Of a stretch of 64,000 nt of DNA, positions 28,606 to 37,112 are shown in pieces. Source of the DNA: a virus. The DNA is taken from positions 32,001-96,000 of the IMG/VR virus record IMGVR_UViG_3300033156_000775, one strand, 5' to 3'. The position numbers were made by a program, and so were the translations under genes. How positions within the stretch are numbered: position 1 is the first letter of the stretch; every line of letters begins with the position of its first letter. The notes beneath the pieces were generated by a model. It did no database searches. It had not been told where the DNA came from and saw nothing but the letters and a program-made list of their open reading frames with translations.

Positions 28606-29841
28606 ATGGAAAGCTCTATGGAATGGATACCATCTGAAATACTGTCATCAATTAGAGAGGAGCTCAAGGGAGCTAGAAGTATCCAGGATATCAGGAGTAT
28701 TGTAGTCCAAGCTACAAGATGTAAGCCTGGTGACATTAAAGATTTCCATTACAAGCTTGGAGGACATGACTGGAAAGGGGTGATCTATACTAAACGGAAC
28801 ACTCTTATGGGATCAGTATTCTCACTGTTTGACAGTAAACCCTTTGTAGTTAGAGGCTATCCTAAGATCAGATATGCATTAGATTCTAAACTCTTAGGAA
28901 AGGAAGTAACTGTACAGATGAAGTATGACGGGACTAACATTGGACTTTTCCTCCTACCTAATGGAGAGATCATGGGAAAGACTAGGCTGATGCCTAGATG
29001 GGATGTCCAGTCTTTACAGGCTATGAAGAGACAGGTTTCTCATTGGAAAGAGCTCTTTACGAAGATAGATGATGGCTATCTCCTTAAGCAAGTCAAGTAT
29101 CTAGCTGAAGATGACTACATGATATTTGGAGAGCTCTATGGATATCTAAATCCTGGAGAATTCATTAAATATTCAATTCCAATAGCCTTCAAAGCTTTCG
29201 ATATAGTTGACACTAGGACACTAAAGTTTCTTAGCTCTAAAGACATGGAGGATCTATGCTATGAGCTGGACATTCCATATGTAGAGGAGCTATGGCATGG
29301 TATCCTAACTAGGAAAGAGGTTGAACGAATAGAGTACGAAGCTAAACAGTATGTAAGAGAGGATGGCTATGAGGGATTTGTAGCTAAGCATTTCTCCCCT
29401 ATAGATAACGACATGCACTTCTGCAAGCTTAAATGTGAAGAGATAAAGGAGAAAGCCTGGAAGCTTAGACCTACTGGAATCCCAATTTCTATTATTCGTA
29501 AAGCCATACGAAAGGCTATGGAAAGCTACCCATACTATGACAAAGTAGATCAGCTATATCCAGTAGTTAGAGAGGAGCTCCTAGAAGAAGTAGAGCCCTC
29601 ATTGGTAGATGAATCAGAGAACAAGATAAGATCTGTTATTAGAAGAGTACTGTCTCCTACACCTGAGGAGCTAAAGAAGTCCATAAGGGAAATTATGCTT
29701 GAGCTTAGGGAGAGAGGTATGGACTTGAACAAGAAGGGAGAAGTGCTCCCAGCTCTAGCTCATCGTCTAGGAGACATATCAGGAAAAATGCTTTACAGAC
29801 TTTACACTCAAGTCTTATTTGAGATGGAAAGTGAAGTGTAG
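28606..29841 (+). CDS. ATP-dependent RNA ligase (Rnl family)
   Basis: RGYPKI, motif I KYDGTN, FGELYG, AFDI, EGFVAK and KLK motifs; no OB domain; helical C-terminus. Confidence 0.8.
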   Translation: MESSMEWIPSEILSSIREELKGARSIQDIRSIVVQATRCKPGDIKDFHYKLGGHDWKGVIYTKRNTLMGSVFSLFDSKPFVVRGYPKIRYALDSKLLGKEVTVQMKYDGTNIGLFLLPNGEIMGKTRLMPRWDVQSLQAMKRQVSHWKELFTKIDDGYLLKQVKYLAEDDYMIFGELYGYLNPGEFIKYSIPIAFKAFDIVDTRTLKFLSSKDMEDLCYELDIPYVEELWHGILTRKEVERIEYEAKQYVREDGYEGFVAKHFSPIDNDMHFCKLKCEEIKEKAWKLRPTGIPISIIRKAIRKAMESYPYYDKVDQLYPVVREELLEEVEPSLVDESENKIRSVIRRVLSPTPEELKKSIREIMLELRERGMDLNKKGEVLPALAHRLGDISGKMLYRLYTQVLFEMESEV

Positions 29842-30095
29842 TCCGGACTACATTCTTAAGGAGAGTTTCCTAATGAGAGAAGAATGTATAAAGGAAATTC
29901 TAAAGTCCTACTATAAGTGGAAAGCTGTAGGTGTAGCTGGTATCTGGATAGGAGCTGGAGTGGCCTGTTTATCCTCTACAGGAGATATCCCAGCATTAAT
30001 CATATTCCTAGCTATGTTCTCATCTCTGCTCTATACTATGATAGGTGCTCCTGACTTCTATGCTAAGTGGATAAGGAAGAAAGGAGACTAGCTCA

Positions 30096-30635
30096 GTGAA
30101 AACGTGGTTTACAGCTGACACTCACTTTGGACATTCTAATATTATCAAGTACTGTAACAGACCATTCAAGTCAGTAGATCATATGGATATGAGGCTTATC
30201 CAGCTATGGAACTCTAGGGTTAAGAAGCATGACATAGTTATCCATCTAGGGGACTTTATGTTTAAGGACATCAATAAGAGGGAATACTATCTAGACCAGC
30301 TTAATGGACACATTACCTTCATAAGGGGAAACCATGACCATAGCAATTCTCTCAATACCAAGATTAGCTACCTAGTGGTTCACATATCCAACATGGATGT
30401 TTACTGTACTCATAGACCTGAGGACTTTAATTCCTCCTATCCTATCAACCTTGTAGGTCATGTCCATGAGAAATGGAAGGTAAAGAAGATCTACAACACT
30501 TATCTGGTCAATGTGGGAGTGGATGTCTGGAACTATCATCCTGTAGATATCAATGAGATCCTAAAGGCTATTAATGATTACAAGCTCTTCTGGGAGAAGA
30601 TAGGGAAGACAGGCCAGGTAGGTTTAACTGAATGA
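30096..30635 (+). CDS. Calcineurin-like metallophosphoesterase
   Basis: DTHFGH, LGD, GNHD, GHVH and NVGVD motifs. Confidence 0.9.
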   Translation: MKTWFTADTHFGHSNIIKYCNRPFKSVDHMDMRLIQLWNSRVKKHDIVIHLGDFMFKDINKREYYLDQLNGHITFIRGNHDHSNSLNTKISYLVVHISNMDVYCTHRPEDFNSSYPINLVGHVHEKWKVKKIYNTYLVNVGVDVWNYHPVDINEILKAINDYKLFWEKIGKTGQVGLTE

Positions 30636-30713
30636 AGAGACTTCAAAGAAAGAGGACTAAAGGCTGGAGAATGCCTCCTAACACTTATATAGGAATGCTC
30701 CGAATTATAGTGT

Positions 30714-31184
30714 ATGCCCTGGTCTAAAAGAGTTTCGAAAACAAAAGTTGTCTGCCTTTCTTGCGGTCGTAGTATCTATCTTAAGCCTTTACCGAGCTGT
30801 GCTGAACCTGCTCACTTGGCATATTATGAAAAAAGAAAGAAACGAAATAATGAATACAGGAGAAAACGCCGTGAGGAAGCTAGAAGACGAGGTGAAGTGT
30901 ATCGTTCTGAAAGACCTGAAACAAGAAGAGCAAGAGAAAGGAGGAAATACAGAAAGGTTAGAGAGGCTTTGCTCCAAAAATTGGGAGGAAAATGTGTGCG
31001 ATGTGGTTTCTCAGATATTAGGGCATTGCATATCCATCATATAAATGGAGATGGAGGGAAAGAACGTAAAAAACTTGGATGGAAATATCTTAAGATTCTC
31101 TCAGAAATGCCAGAAAAAGAACTTAGAGAACAATATGAAGTCCTCTGTGCGAATTGCCATGAAATCCTCCATCACACCAGTTAG
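30714..31184 (+). CDS. HNH endonuclease (free-standing, putative homing)
   Basis: CVRCG..LHIHHING..VLCANCH; Arg-rich linker. Confidence 0.8.
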   Translation: MPWSKRVSKTKVVCLSCGRSIYLKPLPSCAEPAHLAYYEKRKKRNNEYRRKRREEARRRGEVYRSERPETRRARERRKYRKVREALLQKLGGKCVRCGFSDIRALHIHHINGDGGKERKKLGWKYLKILSEMPEKELREQYEVLCANCHEILHHTS

Positions 31185-31479
31185 GGTTCAGAGAAAGAGA
31201 ACTAAAGGTTTCAGACTTCAAGATGCTAGTCCTAACGGGCTTCCTGTAGTCTATGTTGGACGTCCATCTAAATGGGCAAACCCATTTAGAATAGGTATTG
31301 ACGGAGACAGGGAAGCTGTAGTTAGGAAATTTAGAGAATATGCTATGAAAAAGTTGAAAGAAGATCCTAACTGGCTAGAACCTTTAAGAGGTAAGGATCT
31401 GGCATGCTGGTGTCCTCTAGATAAGCCTTGTCATGCTGATGTCTTGATAGAGCTTCTAAGAAAGGAGGCTGGTAAATGA
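31159..31479 (+). CDS. DUF4326-like protein
   Basis: RVQRKRTKG..VYVGRPSKWANPF..LRGKDLACWCP..CHADVL. Confidence 0.8.
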   Translation: MKSSITPVRVQRKRTKGFRLQDASPNGLPVVYVGRPSKWANPFRIGIDGDREAVVRKFREYAMKKLKEDPNWLEPLRGKDLACWCPLDKPCHADVLIELLRKEAGK

Positions 31480-31633
31480 TAAGGATTGACAACATACATG
31501 CATGTAAAATTAAGCTAACAGAGGATGGTTGGAAATTCTATTTCTTCAGTAGAGAATGTGACTTTGAGGTAACTGTCCTTAGGGACCATAGCCTACGAAT
31601 TAGACAGGAAAAGCCATTAGTATCAGAGGACAA

Positions 31634-32389
31634 ATGACAATGGATCTACTTATAGAGCCCGATCTAAAAGAGTTTATCAGTCGTTTACCAGATATTAGTC
31701 TTGACCCTCCAAGCGTCCATCTAGTTATGCTAGCTATAAGAAGTAGGAAGGCTAAGCAGATCCTAGGGATAAAGATCAAGGACTTGGTTGTAGAGAGAAG
31801 GATTATTAGGCCTTCTAAATGGAGAGAGAAATACTTCAAGACTGTGTATAACCTAGCTCTCCTACAGCATCATGGACTCTACTACTATAAGGGGTTAGAG
31901 ATACCTCTACAAGCTAAAGCCATCTACGCTACGTTGACTCCAAGAAATGTATATCATGCCATAGCTGACCTGATGAAGGAGAACATATCCTATCTATTTC
32001 AGGGAGATGACTCAGCTAGGTATCAGCTTACAAAGCAGGATATCCGTTTCTTTGGATGCTTACATAGACACAAAATGAGGACTAACAACTTTGTCACTCT
32101 AGATCTTGATAACAATGATGAAAAGATCCTGAAAGAGATCCTAGACTATGTTTCAGTCCTACCTCTATTCTTGGTCACTGAAACGTCCAGAGGCTATCAT
32201 ATAGTGTTGGATTTATCCAAGTCTGATGATGCTAGAGCCTTCTATGGACAGGAAAAGATAATGCAGAAGCTAGGACTGAAATTTGCAGATAAGGGATTAG
32301 AGTTTCAAAGAGATAGTCAGGAGCCTGTTCCAGGGACTTTATATTTCAAGGAGAATGGGTCTCCTCATTATGTTAAGATTTTATATTAG
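31634..32389 (+). CDS. Putative archaeo-eukaryotic primase (AEP) superfamily nucleotidyltransferase
   Basis: hhhDxD (VTLDLD) and T..GYH (ETSRGYHIV) motifs, plus a downstream PVPGT. Confidence 0.5.
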   Translation: MTMDLLIEPDLKEFISRLPDISLDPPSVHLVMLAIRSRKAKQILGIKIKDLVVERRIIRPSKWREKYFKTVYNLALLQHHGLYYYKGLEIPLQAKAIYATLTPRNVYHAIADLMKENISYLFQGDDSARYQLTKQDIRFFGCLHRHKMRTNNFVTLDLDNNDEKILKEILDYVSVLPLFLVTETSRGYHIVLDLSKSDDARAFYGQEKIMQKLGLKFADKGLEFQRDSQEPVPGTLYFKENGSPHYVKILY

Positions 32390-32998
32390 CATTTTAGGGT
32401 GATGAAGCTTAAATAAAGAGGAAATAGAAAGGATGCTAGGTATTCCAGAAGCCCAAGCAGAGGTGCTATTCGATATAATACAGCTTTGCAACAAGCATGG
32501 AATTGACATTGTTGATCTTGAGGGTTATCTACAAGATCTCATATGGATTGAGGATCTTACAAGAGCTTCAGGGAAAGGTGTAGTCCGGACTACACTTAGA
32601 GAAGCTCTGGAAAGACTAGGCACTACAGATTGAAAGAGAGAAGCTTATGGACTAATGGACTAATATTTACAAATTTATTTCTGTTTAGGAAACAAATAAT
32701 GTAGTCCGGACTACATCTTAACTTAATCATTGGAAATTTATCTGGTACTTTAGGTGAAGGAAATGAATGAGATATTGTTTAAACTAGGACATAGGATAGA
32801 TGAGCTTGAAGAGAAACTGAACCTAGTCATTGCAGCTAATCAATATCCACATCTAAGAAACCAGATCCTAAGGAGAATCTTGAGTAATAGTGCCCGTTCT
32901 TAGTACTCCTACCACTACAAATTATCTCTATTTCCACAATATTTATATTTGAAAGGGCTATCTTGAGTCCTTCACTGGTAAACGAATAATGAAACGTG

Positions 32999-33057
32999 AT
33001 GTGACAATGATGGAGCTTACAAACACGGAGTCTGTTGAGCTCCATTAGCTCTCACAT
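32999..33057 (+). ncRNA. Y-RNA-like unit 1 (minimal; short hairpin cargo)
   Basis: Outer helix ATGTGA/TCACAT; inner TGATGGAGCT-TACA..AGCTCCATTA; cargo AACA..TGTT hairpin. Confidence 0.75.
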
Positions 33058-33067
33058 AAGTTGATTG

Positions 33068-33199
33068 GTGTGACTTGGACAGGAGCTTACAGGTCTAAAG
33101 CGTCACCCTGCTAAGGTGAAGATCTAGGTTCAAGTCCTAGCATGTCCACCATACTGGGCATGTGGCTGAAGTGGTTTAGAGCTCCTGTCACCTTCACAC
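33068..33199 (+). ncRNA. Y-RNA-like unit 2 carrying a circularly permuted tRNA mimic (anticodon GCT)
   Basis: GTGTGA/TCACAC; GACAGGAGCT-TACA..AGCTCCTGTC. Cargo: anticodon arm TCACC-CTGCTAA-GGTGA, T arm CTAGG-TTCAAGT-CCTAG, CATGTCC-A-CCA linked to GGGCATG-TG-GCTGAAGTGG. Confidence 0.85.
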
Positions 33200-33209
33200 A
33201 GATTAAGTG

Positions 33210-33301
33210 ATGTGCCTAGCTAGGAGCTTACAAACTGTGGCTATGGATACACGGTTAAGCTGGTAGGTCCAGCTGGTTAGAAGCTCCTAGCACTTGCACA
33301 T
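33210..33301 (+). ncRNA. Y-RNA-like unit 3 (two-hairpin cargo)
   Basis: ATGTGC/GCACAT; GCTAGGAGCT-TACA..AGCTCCTAGC; cargo AACTGTG/CACGGTT and AGCTGG/CCAGCT hairpins. Confidence 0.8.
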
Positions 33302-33308
33302 ATCTAAG

Positions 33309-33392
33309 ATGTCCCATAGACAGGAGCTTACAAACTGCCCCAACCAAACTAAAGCTGGCAACTCTAGAAGAAAGCTCCTGTCACCTGGACAT
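33309..33392 (+). ncRNA. Y-RNA-like unit 4
   Basis: ATGTCC/GGACAT; GACAGGAGCT-TACA..AGCTCCTGTC-ACCT; cargo TGCC/GGCA hairpin. Confidence 0.8.
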
Positions 33393-33421
33393 ATCCTGTA
33401 AACACACTGGAGGATGATGAA

Positions 33422-33619
33422 ATGTCTATACTTAGGGTGGTAGTTGGACAGGACATTCAGGAGCTAGAAGTATCTGAGAACATGGCTAGACTGTCAGATG
33501 AGGAGATACTTAGCTTTGTAAGGGAAGCTACAAATAGACCTGTAGATCCAGAGGACTTTGTAGTGGATAGGACAGAAAACAACAACATAGTGGTTAGGCC
33601 TAGAGCTGTCTATGGATAG
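33422..33619 (+). CDS. Putative ubiquitin-like protein of the TROVE/vWA locus
   Basis: 65 aa with a beta-alpha-beta pattern, ending VVRPRAVYG (C-terminal Gly); GGAGG RBS; embedded in the RNA array. Confidence 0.6.
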   Translation: MSILRVVVGQDIQELEVSENMARLSDEEILSFVREATNRPVDPEDFVVDRTENNNIVVRPRAVYG

Positions 33620-33762
33620 TGACAATATTGGATGAGATATTATCCATTCCAGATCCTAGTGGCCCTAGAAATTTCATTAAGAGGAATCTCAGGGTAGGAA
33701 AGGCTATAGATCAATACGGACATATCTATCCTACTTATATATCTAAAGCTATCTATGGATAA
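33619..33762 (+). CDS. 47-aa peptide ending KAIYG
   Basis: GTG start overlaps the stop of the previous gene; MTILDEILS..YISKAIYG*; below the ORF-track cutoff. Confidence 0.4.
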   Translation: MTILDEILSIPDPSGPRNFIKRNLRVGKAIDQYGHIYPTYISKAIYG

Positions 33763-33927
33763 GGGCTGAACATTGACTGATAATTCTAAACACATATTAA
33801 CACCGAAGAAACTATTAGAGAAGTTTCTTAAAGTGTCTCTTCCTGCCTATATAATTGGGCTAGAGATATTCCCTGAATCTGGAGCTATATGGATAATCAA
33901 AGAAGATAATATGGATGTCCATTGAAG

Positions 33928-34056
33928 GTGTGCTTTATGGATAGGAGCTTACAGCACACAGGGCTACCAGATCCTGTAGTATGGGTTCAAGTCCCGTCAT
34001 AAGCAGCAGCTTGGCTATGTAGTGCAACTGGACAAGAGCTCCTATCACCTGCACAC
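33928..34056 (+). ncRNA. Y-RNA-like unit 5 carrying a circularly permuted tRNA mimic (Trp-like 8-nt anticodon loop)
   Basis: GTGTGC/GCACAC; GATAGGAGCT-TACA..AGCTCCTATC-ACCT. Cargo: GCAC-A-CAGGG-CTACCAGA-TCCTG, ATGGG-TTCAAGT-CCCGT, CATAAGC..GCTATG-TA-GTGC-AACTGG. Confidence 0.85.
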
Positions 34057-34097
34057 AATAGCTTAGCGGGTCCTCACTTTCCTGTCTAAGTTACCTG

Positions 34098-34228
34098 GTG
34101 TACCATGATGAGAGCTTACAAACCCAGTGTCGGTGGGAGAGATGTGGGTTCAAGTCCCACTATCCCTACATGGGATATGGTCTAACTGGCTGAGGACGCT
34201 TAATGTATAGCTCTCATCTCCTGTACAC
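34098..34228 (+). ncRNA. Y-RNA-like unit 6 with a YrlA-type tRNA elbow mimic
   Basis: GTGTAC/GTACAC; GATGAGAGCT-TACA..AGCTCTCATC. Cargo: T arm GTGGG-TTCAAGT-CCCAC, closed acceptor TATCCC-TACAT-GGGATA, D arm GTC-TAACTGGCTGAG-GAC. Confidence 0.85.
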
Positions 34229-34445
34229 TTTAATCCTCGTAGCGAAGTTAGAACGGATATGAGTTGATCTAATTTGCCAATCGATGTAAATCCATCTGAG
34301 CGTTGTATCTTTACTGAATTACCAGTTAAATGTAGAATTAGAGCTGAGTTTAATCCAAAACCTGAGCTCTTAGTCAAGTTCTGTAGTATTTGTCCTGTTT
34401 TGATGGTGATAAAAAATAATATGAAATGAAAAGGAGAAATAGGTT

Positions 34446-35900
34446 ATGTCAGTAGATGAAAGAATACCCATATATCAAGAGCTCTTCCAGTCTATACTAG
34501 ATTGTCCACATGGAAACCTAGAGGAGACATTCAGAGTCCATAAGGAAGTCCTAGAGAAGAACCCACTGTTCTATATGAAGATGGCTGCTTGGTACATGAA
34601 GAATGGGATGGTTAGAGACCACAAAGTTGCTTTTGTAAAGACATTGATGGAGGCTGATGATCCTACTTTGAGGGATGAGGGATGGGCTCTTATTCAGAGG
34701 CTGCCCATACACTTGTTAGCTCAGGTAGTCCGGTCTACAAAGAAGACTAAGGCACTACGGTCAGCCGTGAAGCACAAGCTAGCTGAAATGCCATATAACA
34801 GGCTAGTGTCTGAGATCCTTAGATCATCTAAAGACCTTAAGAGCATGGTTGTTGCTCTACACATACCTACAACCAAGTCTTCAAACTTGAACTTTGAGAC
34901 TATAGGAACTGAATTGTTCACTAAGAATCGTCCAATAAGGAGAGTCTTTGCTCAGCTAAGGAATGAGGAAGACCCAGATAAAGTAGCTGTCTTGCTTGAG
35001 AAGCTACCTATCCCATCCTACATTGCCATGACCTCTATCAAGGTACGTACACCTGAAATAGTGAGAGTGCTAGTCAAACGTATGACTCCTAATGAGCTTA
35101 TACAGTCTCTTAACATGCTGGGTAGGTTGAGAGCTATCAAGCCTAACATGGACATTATTAGGGGGAAGCTAGATAAGCTTGTATCTGACCCTAGAGTGAA
35201 CGCTATGAGAGTCCTCAACATCCTACAGCATCTAGAGCCAGCTCTAGTTCCCTATGAAGTGTTTGAGGTACTTGAGAGAGCTGTGTCCAGAAAAGCAAAG
35301 AGCATAAGCAAGATAGATGCTAGGGTCTCCCTCCACATTGACACTTCAGGTAGCATGGAGCCTGCTATTGAGATAGGGAAGATGCTGGCTACATCACTAT
35401 CCATTGCATGTAAAGAGCCTCCTACGGTATACAGTGTGTCTAGCACTCCATTCAAGGTTCAGCCTAGTAGCTACACTCCCTCAGGATGGAAGGAATCTTT
35501 CAGTCTACTGAGAGCTAATGGTGCTACCCCTCTTGGAGCAGGAATATCCCTAATGAAGCAGCATGGAGACACATGTGATGTCATCATACTGGTCACCGAC
35601 ACAGGGGAGAACTCATTCCCCAAGTTTGCTGATGAGTACCAGACATTAGGCAACAAGCCTAGAGTGATAATCCTCAATGTCAGCAGACACCCTGATAGAG
35701 GGTTCTTAGGGTCCCTCAGAAGAGCTAATGTATCCTTTGAAATGCTACAGGTTAGAAGAGTAGATCAATACTCAGTGGACCAAGTGGTTACCCTTATAGG
35801 AGAAAGTAGCCCCTTCAAGACCATAATGGAGATAATGAACACTGATGTCCCATTGAGACCTACATGGACTAAGAAGCCCCAGTACTGGCTGAAGAAATAG
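34446..35900 (+). CDS. TROVE/Ro60 (Rsr)-like helical RNA-binding protein with a C-terminal vWA domain
   Basis: Helical N-terminal region (PLFYMKMAAWY..G.VRDHK); vWA MIDAS motif HIDTSGSM, GATPLG and LVTDTGEN; 484 aa; adjacent to Y-RNA-like genes. Confidence 0.75.
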   Translation: MSVDERIPIYQELFQSILDCPHGNLEETFRVHKEVLEKNPLFYMKMAAWYMKNGMVRDHKVAFVKTLMEADDPTLRDEGWALIQRLPIHLLAQVVRSTKKTKALRSAVKHKLAEMPYNRLVSEILRSSKDLKSMVVALHIPTTKSSNLNFETIGTELFTKNRPIRRVFAQLRNEEDPDKVAVLLEKLPIPSYIAMTSIKVRTPEIVRVLVKRMTPNELIQSLNMLGRLRAIKPNMDIIRGKLDKLVSDPRVNAMRVLNILQHLEPALVPYEVFEVLERAVSRKAKSISKIDARVSLHIDTSGSMEPAIEIGKMLATSLSIACKEPPTVYSVSSTPFKVQPSSYTPSGWKESFSLLRANGATPLGAGISLMKQHGDTCDVIILVTDTGENSFPKFADEYQTLGNKPRVIILNVSRHPDRGFLGSLRRANVSFEMLQVRRVDQYSVDQVVTLIGESSPFKTIMEIMNTDVPLRPTWTKKPQYWLKK

Positions 35901-35943
35901 ACAAGTGTAGCCCGGACTACATTTTGAGGGAGGATACTTAGCG

Positions 35944-36315
35944 ATGGCTAATGATGAGCCTTTGACATTAGATCAAGTTATCTCTCTAGTCAGAGTCACA
36001 ATGAAATCTATAGATCCAGTTAGGCTCTTCTATGAGCTAAAGAAGAAGAGAGTCAAGTTCTTAAGAGAAAGGTCAGTGGAAATAGCAAGAGCTGCAATAT
36101 CCCTCCATATTCTTGGACTTCCAATAAACACCACTTTCCTCTCGTGCATACTAGATATTGATCCGCAAATAATACGTACAGTTATGCATACTCTAGGAGA
36201 CAAGCATGTCTTTACCCTTAAGCGTGAAGGGTTTGGGAGTAAGGGATATGGATATGAGTGGACACCTAATCCAGCTATTCTAGGAGACTTTATAAATTGT
36301 CTAGAGGAAGAGTAG
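35944..36315 (+). CDS. Hypothetical winged-helix-like protein
   Basis: 123-aa ORF; INTTFLSCILDIDPQIIRTVMHTLGDK helix-turn-helix pattern. Confidence 0.45.
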   Translation: MANDEPLTLDQVISLVRVTMKSIDPVRLFYELKKKRVKFLRERSVEIARAAISLHILGLPINTTFLSCILDIDPQIIRTVMHTLGDKHVFTLKREGFGSKGYGYEWTPNPAILGDFINCLEEE

Positions 36316-37112
36316 GCACATTTGTGTCAGCTGTTCTACCTAAAACTAGAAAGGTAACTAGAGTGACTGATCTTGGAGTCAGAGAGTACTTGGTTACTAG
36401 GAAGGTCCCTCCTAACATCTATGTCTTCAGGTCTAGAGGGATATATGCTGAGCCACTAGCCATAGCTGCTGACATGGCTGATCGAATGGAATACTTTGAG
36501 AGCTTATGTCTACCAAGAGTCTATGTGTTCCCTGTAGTCCGGACTACACATTGGCTAGCTGTCCCACTAGCAAGGGAGCACTATAAGAAACATGTAAAGT
36601 ATTCAGCCCCTTTACCTCTAATCTTTACTCCTAATAATCTAAGTCCGTTAGACCCTGTAATGGCTAGGGTCTATAAGGGCAAACGCACATACTTGATGTT
36701 TGAGGATTACCACTACAAATATGATCCAGAATTGGTTGAGAGAGCTAGGGACTATTTAATCTCACTGAGAGCTTCCTCTTATAGGAAAGACACTATGATT
36801 GATGCTCTTAAGCTGCCAGCTGAGCTTAGGGAGGCAGTTAAGATAATTGCTGACAGCATTACTCCTCCCCTAGAAAGAATGGTTAAGCATTCCCTTAGCC
36901 TTGTAAATGCTGAGTTTGTTTCTTTACAGGATATGGGAGCTGGAAGGTATAGAGTCACTTATCTTTACAAGGGAATTAAGGATTATATTGACATAGATGA
37001 CTCCCTGTTCTGTCTAAATATCGGGATATGTGTGGATGGACATGATAGGGATTTTGACTTAGCTAGTGGAATCCTAGTTAAGCATGAAAGAGATGATTAC
37101 GTTTATGACTAG
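36297..37112 (+). CDS. Hypothetical protein of the TROVE/vWA-Ubl locus; candidate divergent E2-like
   Basis: C-terminal GICVDGHDRDFDLAS motif with a Cys; I recall similar proteins beside vWA and ThiF genes in bacteria (unverified). Confidence 0.5.
   Translation: MSRGRVGTFVSAVLPKTRKVTRVTDLGVREYLVTRKVPPNIYVFRSRGIYAEPLAIAADMADRMEYFESLCLPRVYVFPVVRTTHWLAVPLAREHYKKHVKYSAPLPLIFTPNNLSPLDPVMARVYKGKRTYLMFEDYHYKYDPELVERARDYLISLRASSYRKDTMIDALKLPAELREAVKIIADSITPPLERMVKHSLSLVNAEFVSLQDMGAGRYRVTYLYKGIKDYIDIDDSLFCLNIGICVDGHDRDFDLASGILVKHERDDYVYD

Noticed and set aside
33092-33180. Canonical tRNA-Ser(GCT) gene
   Set aside because: The 5' acceptor strand lies downstream of the CCA and there is no long variable arm, so it is reported as a permuted mimic instead.
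32999-34228. Mini-CRISPR array interpretation of the recurring GGAGCTTACA motif
   Set aside because: The conserved parts pair with each other around each variable insert and covary. Inserts range from about 15 to 90 nt and are themselves structured or tRNA-like. No cas genes are visible.
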